Origin: a virus
Lineage: Duplodnaviria; Heunggongvirae; Uroviricota; Caudoviricetes
IMG/VR virus record: IMGVR_UViG_3300048591_000212
Length of the DNA stretch: 35,123 nt
Reading direction: 5' to 3' (one strand)
Shown here piece after piece: positions 25,674-32,626 of the stretch. The number at the start of each line of letters is the position of its first letter. The first letter of the stretch is position 1. The notes beneath the pieces were generated by a model. That model did no database searches, was not told the origin of the DNA, and saw only the letters and a program-made list of their open reading frames with translations. The position numbers were made by a program, and so were the translations under genes.

Positions 25674-26059
25674 GCCTCCGAGTCATAAAAAATTTCATAC
25701 AGAGAGTACTCACACTGGCGCTCATGGTTGCTGAAATGAGCCAGAAATGTCCAGTCATGGTACTCCCGTAGTCGATCAGCGATATCAATCTTGTCACCGT
25801 GGTCAAGTACAACAAACCACCGAGTTTTATAATCTGTGTATTTATCGCGATTCCATTCAAAATGAAGATTCACATAATCCAGAGTGTCACCAAAGTCATA
25901 CTCGCCACCAGCATTACCAAGCGAAGTAGTGACAAAATCAGCAAATAGGAACTTATCAGACGGGTCTAATTCATAAAAAGGAATTGGAATCATTGATACT
26001 TTCCTGAATCCATCGGTTGCCGGGTATGTCAGCCGGGTCATGTACATTTCTTTTTTCAT
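25670..26059 (-). CDS. Hypothetical protein
   Basis: ORF in the operon. Confidence 0.65.
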   Translation of the reverse strand: MKKEMYMTRLTYPATDGFRKVSMIPIPFYELDPSDKFLFADFVTTSLGNAGGEYDFGDTLDYVNLHFEWNRDKYTDYKTRWFVVLDHGDKIDIADRLREYHDWTFLAHFSNHERQCEYSLYEIFYDSEA

Positions 26060-26062
26060 AAT

Positions 26063-26305
26063 CTATTCCCTAACTTTACTGAAAGATCCAAGTTTGGACC
26101 CCATAGAGATAATTTCGTCTGGCTCCACATCGAACACTTTCCGAACATAGTCGGCCCCGGTCTTGGATGCGGTCTCAATTCTCAGATCACATGGACTATC
26201 CCAAGGCCACATCGTAGCTTGCATGTCGGTGGTGATAGTAATGGTATCATGACCACGAGCATTTTCCAGAACGACTATTTTCTGAATGTTGATTTCGAAT
26301 TTCAT
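26063..26305 (-). CDS. Hypothetical protein
   Basis: ORF in the operon. Confidence 0.7.
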   Translation of the reverse strand: MKFEINIQKIVVLENARGHDTITITTDMQATMWPWDSPCDLRIETASKTGADYVRKVFDVEPDEIISMGSKLGSFSKVRE

Positions 26306-26310
26306 AATTT

Positions 26311-27390
26311 TTAGAAAACCTTCAAAATCAGCGTATCATTGCCGAGTCGCCCGGTGGCCTCAAACGCCTGAGTGGACAGGCCGTTCAAAGTCTTGACGGA
26401 CGTGTTCAGATTGTTCTTCAGAAGAACCGGAAGTACCTGTTCCGGCTTCCGCAGCCGCTTCGCAAAGGAACGCTTTTCGTCAATATTTTGAATTGTCGTG
26501 CCCTTGATTTCCAGTTTCTTTCCGGCTTCGGCAACCAGATAGTTGACGGTACGGTACTTGTTGTTAAAGGTCAGAACGCCTTCGGCACCCAAAACTCGAT
26601 CAGGATTGACCGATTTCACTCCAAATTCGGGAGAATGAGAAAGATGCTTGACCTTCGCCAGAACCTTCTCCACTTTCACTTCCCGCCTCTTTCGTGGCTT
26701 ACGGGCCTTGCGCTGCATTCGAGTCTCGACGATGCCAGAAACAAACTCCACAAACCGCTTCTTCTGGGGCAGAGTGATATGAGAGTAGGCTTCCTTCAAA
26801 TCTTCGTCGGTGAAGGACTCACGCAACTCATTCAGGAGAACAGCAAACCGTTCCCGAAGGTCATGAGCCTGAGACGGCGAGGGGGAATGGTTTTTCAGCC
26901 ATTCGGACATATCGAAGAATTCCTTGTAGCCGGATTCGATATAGGAATCGATGCGACTCTCAAGGTCCGAGATCATCGACTGGAGACGAGGGTCAACCGT
27001 CTTTTCCTTGGCGACAGTAGTCTTGGCTTCGACCTTAGCCTGAATCTGAGCCTTCTGAATACGAGTCAGTTCATGAAAAGAGGCAACCAGCTTGTCCGCA
27101 ATGTAGTCACAGATGAATCCGCGCACATACATTCGGGCCAGCATCCCACAGGGAGTAAACTCCCTTTCATGAACCTTTTCGACCAGATTGGACTCGCCGG
27201 GAAAATCTTCGTTCAACCAGTCGATGAACCAAGTCTTGCGGGCATCGGCAGTCGAGTTCTTGGAGTACCAAGACATCGACTCTGCCAGCATCTTATCAAA
27301 TTCGGGTGTACCATGCTCAGGAACTTCGTTGTAGCTCGGTTCCTTGCCGTAGTAGACCTCATTCAGATTTGTGATTCGTTCTTTCGCCAC
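26311..27390 (-). CDS. T4-like-phage early hypothetical protein (likely leaderless GTG start)
   Basis: Long biased ORF with IKGTTIQN..KRLRKPE; GTG lies 6 nt after the -10 box. Confidence 0.8.
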   Translation of the reverse strand: MAKERITNLNEVYYGKEPSYNEVPEHGTPEFDKMLAESMSWYSKNSTADARKTWFIDWLNEDFPGESNLVEKVHEREFTPCGMLARMYVRGFICDYIADKLVASFHELTRIQKAQIQAKVEAKTTVAKEKTVDPRLQSMISDLESRIDSYIESGYKEFFDMSEWLKNHSPSPSQAHDLRERFAVLLNELRESFTDEDLKEAYSHITLPQKKRFVEFVSGIVETRMQRKARKPRKRREVKVEKVLAKVKHLSHSPEFGVKSVNPDRVLGAEGVLTFNNKYRTVNYLVAEAGKKLEIKGTTIQNIDEKRSFAKRLRKPEQVLPVLLKNNLNTSVKTLNGLSTQAFEATGRLGNDTLILKVF

Positions 27391-27396
27391 AAACCC

Positions 27397-27480
27397 ATCA
27401 TAGCACGTTCGGGTCTTGTTTGTCAAGCAGAAAGTTTCTGAATTTTTCCTCTTGACTTTGGTCCTCTGGGCTGCTATAAT
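27397..27480. promoter_or_regulatory. Divergent sigma70 promoter pair
   Basis: (-) TTGACA-18-TATGAT at 27426..27397; (+) TTGACT-17-TATAAT at 27452..27480. Confidence 0.8.
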
Positions 27481-27508
27481 AAATAGTGTCAACAAGGAAA
27501 GATACTTT

Positions 27509-27676
27509 ATGAATAAGAAGATTCAGACAATTCAACTTCCCAAACAGGTTCATCGGAATCTGGTCCATGATGTCTCATTTGGAAAATATCCTGCCAAGAC
27601 CTTCGTTGAACGGAAGGATAAGGAAAAAAATTTCCGTAAGGAAAAGTATCGGAAAAATTTCTTGAAGAACGCTTGA
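27509..27676 (+). CDS. Small basic protein (55 aa), weakly ArfA-like
   Basis: AAGGA SD; RNLVH...K...RKEKYRK. Confidence 0.6.
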   Translation: MNKKIQTIQLPKQVHRNLVHDVSFGKYPAKTFVERKDKEKNFRKEKYRKNFLKNA

Positions 27677-27701
27677 CGGGCAGACAGAAAGATGATAGGA
27701 T
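27673..27701 (+). promoter_or_regulatory. sigma70 promoter, leaderless
   Basis: TTGACG-17-TAGGAT-6-ATG. Confidence 0.75.
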
Positions 27702-27707
27702 AGAGAT

Positions 27708-27938
27708 ATGATGACGAACGAAACTTATTCTAAGGTTTCCAACGAGTTTGCTGACTTGTTTGAAGCATACGTGGATGAAGTCTGTGGTGCTAATATGGGC
27801 CGAAACCAAGCCGAACTGAACGAGCTTCGTGCTGAGTTCGTTGTCAAGCAGGATGCTATGCTTGCCAAATACGGCACCACCATGGAAGAGTTTGAGGAGA
27901 AGATGCTTTCAATGATCAATTGGGAATGTGGAAATTAA
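27708..27938 (+). CDS. Hypothetical protein
   Basis: Acidic 76-aa ORF. Confidence 0.7.
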   Translation: MMTNETYSKVSNEFADLFEAYVDEVCGANMGRNQAELNELRAEFVVKQDAMLAKYGTTMEEFEEKMLSMINWECGN

Positions 27939-27952
27939 TTATTTGGAGACTC

Positions 27953-27981
27953 TTGACAAACGCCGAAAGGAATGATAGAGT
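27953..27981 (+). promoter_or_regulatory. sigma70 promoter, leaderless
   Basis: TTGACA-17-TAGAGT-6-ATG. Confidence 0.75.
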
Positions 27982-27987
27982 AGAGAT

Positions 27988-28158
27988 ATGACATCACTAA
28001 ATGATATCTATATTAGCGGATGGGACGCATTTCACGCCGATCTCCGACGCAGTGACAATCCTTGGTGTCCGATTGAGGACGAGATGAAATATGAAACGTG
28101 GGATGATGGGTGGTCTGAAGCGGCAGACGAGTATTGGTATGGAGTTGGCGATGAATAA
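27988..28158 (+). CDS. Rmf/CrpP-like small protein (56 aa, not in the ORF track)
   Basis: MTSLNDIYISGWDAF...DNPW...WDDGWSEA. Confidence 0.65.
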   Translation: MTSLNDIYISGWDAFHADLRRSDNPWCPIEDEMKYETWDDGWSEAADEYWYGVGDE

Positions 28159-28333
28159 TGAAGACTGCTATCTCTCAGACGAAGACCTTGATGGAATCTT
28201 TCAAGGTGGATTTGGCGTCTTCAAAGCGGGATTCTCTCTAAGCGATAACCCTTGGGCGAATTATCACTCGCTTGCGGCTCAGGTGTGGGAGGACGGATGG
28301 CTTGATGCTGAAGATTCTGTTTTTGTGTATTGA
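28151..28333 (+). CDS. Rmf/CrpP-like small protein (60 aa)
   Basis: GGAG SD; GGFGVFKAG...DNPW...WEDGWLDA. Confidence 0.65.
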   Translation: MNNEDCYLSDEDLDGIFQGGFGVFKAGFSLSDNPWANYHSLAAQVWEDGWLDAEDSVFVY

Positions 28334-28609
28334 TAATGATCCCAGAAAGTGATAGAATATAAGTATGACACTCAAGAATTTAATTTTGTTGTTTTTGGCG
28401 TATGGATGGAGAATCGTTGTATCTTTCTTTATTCCTGTTTATTGGTATCAGAATTATCTGAAGTTTGATTCAAATGGTTTTGCATATCATAGGATCACCA
28501 TTCGAAAGAATCCGGGTTCATATTTTCGTGGAACCTACTGGCAACGCAAGAATCTTTTTGAAAAGTAGTTGACAATGATCCCAGAAAGTGATAGACTATA
28601 AGTATGACA
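28330..28609 (+). repeat. Duplicated 41-bp promoter-plus-start cassette (28330-28370 and 28569-28609)
   Basis: TTGA(T/C)AATGATCCCAGAAAGTGATAGA(A/C)TATAAGTATGACA, 2 mismatches. Confidence 0.9.
28365..28568 (+). CDS. Small membrane-type hypothetical protein
   Basis: Hydrophobic N-terminus; leaderless start. Confidence 0.65.
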   Translation: MTLKNLILLFLAYGWRIVVSFFIPVYWYQNYLKFDSNGFAYHRITIRKNPGSYFRGTYWQRKNLFEK

Positions 28610-28813
28610 AAGAAGCCTTACCAACTCTGTGTGATGTTCACCGCCAGCATGTTATCTCTCACGAGTGTTGTAGAAGCTCTGGTTGATATGAATGTGGATT
28701 TCAAGGTCACAAATTACTTGCGGCCCGACAGGAAGAAAGTTGCGTCGGTCACGGTGTTTTGTGAAAATGATGTCAAGTTTCAAAAAATTCAAAAAGAATT
28801 TAGTATGATTTGA
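28604..28813 (+). CDS. Hypothetical protein
   Basis: Leaderless start after the promoter. Confidence 0.65.
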   Translation: MTKKPYQLCVMFTASMLSLTSVVEALVDMNVDFKVTNYLRPDRKKVASVTVFCENDVKFQKIQKEFSMI

Positions 28814-28825
28814 TGGGAGAATATA

Positions 28826-29227
28826 ATGGCTACCCGATGCTTGATTGCTATTGAGAATGAGAACGGTCTGAATGACGTTATCTATTGTCACTTCGACGGC
28901 TATCTTGCTGGAGTCGGTGAGGTTCTGTTTAAGAACTATAATACTCCTGAGAGGGTTCGGGAGTTGATTGAGATGGGAGATCTGAGCTATCTCGGAAAGA
29001 CTCTTGATCCGGCTGACACTTCTGCCTACCATCGGGATCGCGGAGAGGATCTGAATGTGACTCGCGATGCTCCCAAGAATCTTCGGTACATGGCTCTTGA
29101 GGCGGATGCCGAGTATGTGTATGTTTTTCAAAACGGTGAGTGGTTCCATAGTAGTATTACCCGAAATGGTGGGGACAGGCGACTCAGTGAGATTGCTGGT
29201 CTGACGGGTTATCTGTCCCAAGTGTAA
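28826..29227 (+). CDS. Conserved-type phage protein (YCHxDGY family)
   Basis: GGGAG SD; MATR...IYCHFDGY...EYVYVF. Confidence 0.8.
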   Translation: MATRCLIAIENENGLNDVIYCHFDGYLAGVGEVLFKNYNTPERVRELIEMGDLSYLGKTLDPADTSAYHRDRGEDLNVTRDAPKNLRYMALEADAEYVYVFQNGEWFHSSITRNGGDRRLSEIAGLTGYLSQV

Positions 29228-29237
29228 AGTAGTTTTT

Positions 29238-29308
29238 GGCCTCGAAACTTTAAGGTGAAGTAACGGACTTTTAATCCGTAAAAGATGGGTCAGTACCATC
29301 CGGGGCTA
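29238..29308 (+). tRNA. tRNA-Lys(TTT), atypical T-loop GTCAGTA, no CCA
   Basis: GGCCTCG/CGGGGCT acceptor, ACGGA-CTTTTAA-TCCGT anticodon arm. Confidence 0.8.
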
Positions 29309-29310
29309 CT

Positions 29311-29601
29311 ATGATTAGACGAAGACTTGAAAATGTTTTCTCAGAAAAGGAAAAGATCCTTTTTGAGTATTTTGGTTTTAATGTGTTTGAGTTAGAGAGA
29401 GAAATCCAAAATCCACTCGTTTGTTGGGAAATATTGATTGAGCGGGCGATGTATAGATATGAGGACAGTCTTTGGGACTCCAGTCTTAGGAAGTACATGA
29501 TTGCTGTCTGTCGAGGGGCCAATTACCTTCAGGATAATGGAGATCTTCGGACGGAGGAGACTTTTGATTTGAACTTCGAGGAAATGTTAGGGGTAGAATA
29601 A
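29311..29601 (+). CDS. Hypothetical protein
   Basis: 96-aa ORF. Confidence 0.65.
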   Translation: MIRRRLENVFSEKEKILFEYFGFNVFELEREIQNPLVCWEILIERAMYRYEDSLWDSSLRKYMIAVCRGANYLQDNGDLRTEETFDLNFEEMLGVE

Positions 29602-29602
29602 T

Positions 29603-29818
29603 ATGAACACGTTTTTGACTATTGTTGTTGCAATCTTGGGTGTTTTTATTGGATTGATGGTATCCGCCGCAGTCTTGACATTTGGATGGAATCTGGCGAT
29701 GGTCCCCGTTTTTGGTTTCAAGACTATTGGATTTCTGCAAGCATTGGGGATGATTATCGTGTCGTCCTCGATTGGCGCGGCATTTAATATGTTGGCGGTT
29801 TCTTCTAATCATAAATAG
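29603..29818 (+). CDS. Small membrane protein
   Basis: Two or three hydrophobic segments. Confidence 0.75.
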   Translation: MNTFLTIVVAILGVFIGLMVSAAVLTFGWNLAMVPVFGFKTIGFLQALGMIIVSSSIGAAFNMLAVSSNHK

Positions 29819-29845
29819 AAGAGTAACCGAAAGATTATTGATTTT

Positions 29846-29916
29846 GGGGTCATAGTATAACGGGATTACTTTTCGTTTGCACCGAAAAAATTGGAGTTCG
29901 ATTCTCCATGGCTCCA
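29846..29916 (+). tRNA. tRNA-Ala(TGC), no CCA
   Basis: G3:U70 pair present; TTTCG-TTTGCAC-CGAAA anticodon arm. Confidence 0.9.
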
Positions 29917-29920
29917 CTAT

Positions 29921-30071
29921 GCGGCTGATTAATCGAAAATGGACGAGATGCCTCAAAACGAAGGGGTTTCATGAAAACCGTTCCAGAAGCACCGAATGGC
30001 TCTGAGAAGGTCTGTAGGGAAGCGGGTTCATCGGTTCATGAACACTGTGGGTTCGATTCCCACCAGCCGTA
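29921..30071 (+). ncRNA. About 150-nt RNA with a tRNA-type acceptor stem and T arm but an expanded core
   Basis: GCGGCTG/CAGCCGT-A acceptor, GTGGG-TTCGATT-CCCAC T arm, internal TTCATGAA/TTCATGAA helix. Confidence 0.75.
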
Positions 30072-30076
30072 CTTTA

Positions 30077-30152
30077 GCGAGTGTGGTGTTTAACGGTAAC
30101 ACGTCTGGCTTCCACCCAGAAATTGAGAGTTCGAATCTCTCCATTCGCTCCA
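30077..30152 (+). tRNA. tRNA-Gly(TCC) with encoded CCA
   Basis: GCGAGTG/CATTCGC-T-CCA; TCTGG-CTTCCAC-CCAGA anticodon arm. Confidence 0.95.
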
Positions 30153-30185
30153 TGAGATTGTGTAAATATTATTAATTAACGATTT

Positions 30186-30257
30186 TGCGACAGTGGAGTA
30201 TCAGTTAACTCAGATGGCTCATAATCATCAGAAGGGTGTGCAAATCCCCCGTCGCTA
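30186..30257 (+). tRNA. tRNA-Met(CAT), partly initiator-like, irregular stems
   Basis: GATGG-CTCATAA-TCATC anticodon arm; 1:72 mismatch; A11-U24; T-loop TGCAAAT. Confidence 0.65.
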
Positions 30258-30264
30258 CTATATT

Positions 30265-30445
30265 CCTTAGAATAGTCATGAATATTCTGAGGGGCTGGTG
30301 AAAGTAGGAGAAAGTATTGGTAGTTTAATGGTCAAAACACCGGGCGAAACTCGGAAATAAAGGTTCAAGTCCTTTCCAGAAATCCAGAAAATTTAAATTC
30401 TCATTGGCCGATGGGGGTTTAATTCGACAAACGCTTTCACCAGTT
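30265..30445 (+). ncRNA. Structured RNA with an embedded tRNA-like domain (30314-30386)
   Basis: GGCTGGTGAAAG/CTTTCACCAGTT helix encloses a D arm, a short anticodon-like arm, a TTCAAGT T arm and a long hairpin. Confidence 0.6.
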
Positions 30446-30453
30446 ATATTTTT

Positions 30454-30520
30454 TGCAGGGAGAACAGGTAATGAAAGTTTCATAATCTTTCCTCCGCAGA
30501 TTCGATTTCTGCTCCCGCTA
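30454..30520 (+). tRNA. Degenerate tRNA-Met(CAT)-like element with a reduced D arm
   Basis: GAAAG..TTCATAA..CTTTC arm; GCAGA-TTCGATT-TCTGC T arm; TGC(A)GGGA/TCCCGCT acceptor. Confidence 0.55.
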
Positions 30521-31288
30521 CGGCTTGTAACAGATCGAATGCGGTTTCTGGAGTGTATTCATCATCTCTGAAAATAATCACATTCCATCCGTTATTCCTT
30601 AGTACCTCAGTCTTTATTTTATCTCTTGTTTGGACTTGCAATAAAGAATGATTTTTCATTTTCATGTCTTTGTAGTGCCAAGGCCCATTCCATAAGACCG
30701 CAGTTTTGATGTCATGAATAACAATATCAGCATCCCAACCGTCCACCAATACTGTGTTATGATCACAATTATTAAAATACTTTTCACACAATTCGAATAG
30801 TTTGATCTCGTCTTTCGATCTTCTAATTTGTTTTTGTGCTGAAATTTTACCAGCCTCACATAACATAATATGTTTGCATATCGAAGAGTTACACATAACC
30901 CGTTTACTGTTTGGTAAATATATCCCGCAATATTTACACCAACTAATATTTGATTTTTTATAATTCGTTTGTGTTGATATTTTCTTAAAATTTCTCCCTG
31001 TTTCTTTCTGCGATCTTCCGACATTGGTGGTCGCAAGGAGTTGTTAATCTTAGCTGAACAAGTGAGAGAGCAGTATTTGTTATTTCGTTGATCATAGGGA
31101 AGAACGATTCCGCAACAGACACACGCTTTGGGTGACTCATTATATTTCAAAATATTAGAATTTCGAACAGTTTCTGCTTTATGAGTTCTTTGACATAGAG
31201 TAGAACAATACTTTCGAGGTCGGTTCTTTTGGGATTTAGTGATTGGGGTGTAAGGTTGGTTGCAATAAAAGCAAACGTAAGATGTCAT
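30480..31288 (-). mobile_element. Putative free-standing homing endonuclease (Zn fingers + Vsr/DUF559-like nuclease) split by a -1 frameshift near 30955
   Basis: AGGAG SD and ATG at 31288; CxxC..CSxxC repeats; the second frame reads WCKYCG...DADI...WNGPWHY...RDKIK...GWNVIIF; antisense within the tRNA cluster. Confidence 0.7.
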
Positions 31289-31297
31289 ATGTACTCC

Positions 31298-31387
31298 TAT
31301 AAATAATATTGTGAGGACACCCACGAAGTACTCCTCGTGGTTGGTTGCCGTCGCCAAACGACATCCTAACTCACATGAGTATTTATA
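31298..31387. promoter_or_regulatory. Branched inverted repeat bounded by late promoters on both strands
   Basis: TATAAATA (+ 31298; - 31387), TGTGAG/CTCACA, CCACGA/TCGTGG, GTCG/CGAC. Confidence 0.7.
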
Positions 31388-31399
31388 TGAAATAAGATC

Positions 31400-31428
31400 T
31401 TGACATGTTGGTTGTGTTGTGGTAATAT
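31400..31428 (+). promoter_or_regulatory. sigma70 promoter
   Basis: TTGACA-17-TAATAT-6-ATG. Confidence 0.7.
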
Positions 31429-31434
31429 AGAGAT

Positions 31435-31615
31435 ATGAACGGATCAACAAATCGTCGGTATGACAAAAGAGGGGTAGGTAAATTCTGTCGTGCTGTAGGC
31501 ATTGGCTGAATTCATTGTCCCTGCTGCCATCTTGGAACTTCGAAAGAATCGCGAGTTTGTTGGAATCGTTTGGACCGTCGTCGGTCCCGGCGCGAACTCT
31601 CCAAAGAAATCAAAG
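31435..31615 (+). ncRNA. Candidate structured RNA overlapping a 24-codon leaderless ORF
   Basis: GGTATGACA/TGTCGTGCT, GAGTTTG/CGAACTC, GGACCG-TCGT-CGGTCC. Confidence 0.45.
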
Positions 31616-31666
31616 AGATTTATACTGAGACTGAATAACTGGAACGCATTCTAAGTTTGAGTAAAT

Positions 31667-31831
31667 ATGAGTACAACCAAAGCAGAATTATTTTCAATTT
31701 TGGCAAAGTATGTTGACGGTCATAAGTATCATGTGAGCAACGATCCGTATTGGATGAATTATCATTTAATGAATCCAAAGTTGATTGAATACTTAGAAAG
31801 TGAATTGAAGAAAAGAAACGAAAAAGAATAA
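31667..31831 (+). CDS. Small hypothetical protein (54 aa, not in the ORF track)
   Basis: MSTTKAELFSILAKYVDG...ELKKRNEKE. Confidence 0.55.
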   Translation: MSTTKAELFSILAKYVDGHKYHVSNDPYWMNYHLMNPKLIEYLESELKKRNEKE

Positions 31832-31835
31832 ACCA

Positions 31836-31868
31836 CACTGCTTCGGTTCAAGTCCGAACTCTGCAACT
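31836..31868 (+). pseudogene. Isolated tRNA 3' half (T arm plus acceptor strand)
   Basis: TTCGG-TTCAAGT-CCGAA-CTCTGCA-A-CTA. Confidence 0.6.
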
Positions 31869-31870
31869 AT

Positions 31871-32098
31871 ATGAAATATTATACATGCGAAGTCAGAAAA
31901 CCAAATAATCCACGAGTGGCTTTTATGGCAGTCGTTTCTGATAGTGACCACCAAGAAGATATTCGAAAAATTATTCATGAAAATTATGGTTCCCACCTAT
32001 TAGTTGATAATATTCAGTCAAAGTGTGCCGATGGAGTAACATTTCAACTCTCAGGTGATTTGGTGGCGGTAGCACTTGACAAGTCTTCCAGAATGTGA
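31871..32098 (+). CDS. Hypothetical protein
   Basis: 75-aa ORF. Confidence 0.6.
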   Translation: MKYYTCEVRKPNNPRVAFMAVVSDSDHQEDIRKIIHENYGSHLLVDNIQSKCADGVTFQLSGDLVAVALDKSSRM

Positions 32099-32104
32099 TA
32101 TCAT
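32076..32104 (+). promoter_or_regulatory. sigma70 promoter
   Basis: TTGACA-17-TATCAT. Confidence 0.75.
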
Positions 32105-32125
32105 TTAGGTGAGAGGTATAACAAC

Positions 32126-32362
32126 ATGTATGATGATGAACTGGCAGCTAAAGAAGAACTCATTTCTAATCTCGCTGAAGATATTCAATTTTTAGAATAT
32201 AGAAATGATGAACTACGAAACGAAAATTCAGAATTACTGAAAATGTTTCGTGAACTTTATGGGCTGATTCTTCCAGATTACGAAGGCCCGCCCCCAGTTG
32301 ACGTGGCTCTTGGAGAAATGAAAGAGCGCATTAAAGAACTTCAGAAAAGTAATATATCATGA
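32126..32362 (+). CDS. Coiled-coil hypothetical protein
   Basis: GAGG SD. Confidence 0.7.
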   Translation: MYDDELAAKEELISNLAEDIQFLEYRNDELRNENSELLKMFRELYGLILPDYEGPPPVDVALGEMKERIKELQKSNIS

Positions 32363-32625
32363 GATCAATCGAAGAACTCAGACCGATCATTCAGAGCTTG
32401 TATGGTGACGGATTCCCGATCACTTATGCTCAACCGTTAGTTAAAGTTTGTCATTGGTTCTGGGATACTGGCGGAATGATGGAAGCACATGGACAAATGA
32501 GATGTCCTCCCCCATCGGATAATGAGTTGTGGCCCATTCCACCGAAAGCAATCGAAGCCGGAATAATTAGTGAAGAGTGGTCCTCTTATGCTAAGAAAGT
32601 TTGGAATGATTTTTGGAGAATGTGA
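32359..32625 (+). CDS. Hypothetical protein
   Basis: ATGA coupling with the upstream gene. Confidence 0.7.
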   Translation: MRSIEELRPIIQSLYGDGFPITYAQPLVKVCHWFWDTGGMMEAHGQMRCPPPSDNELWPIPPKAIEAGIISEEWSSYAKKVWNDFWRM

Positions 32626-32626
32626 A

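Noticed and set aside
26488-27441. 317-aa + strand ORF, and similar antisense ORFs over gp18, gp23 and the LRR gene
   Set aside because: These are antisense shadows of codon-biased genes, with no SD or recognisable motifs.
30291-30520. tmRNA (GGGGCTG start)
   Set aside because: No matching 3' acceptor with G3:U70, no tag ORF or pseudoknot span, and the segment pairs locally with 30434-30445 instead.
31681-31868. Long tRNA-like RNA using GCAGAA at 31682 as the 5' strand
   Set aside because: The region is better explained by a 54-aa ORF, and the pairing is imperfect.
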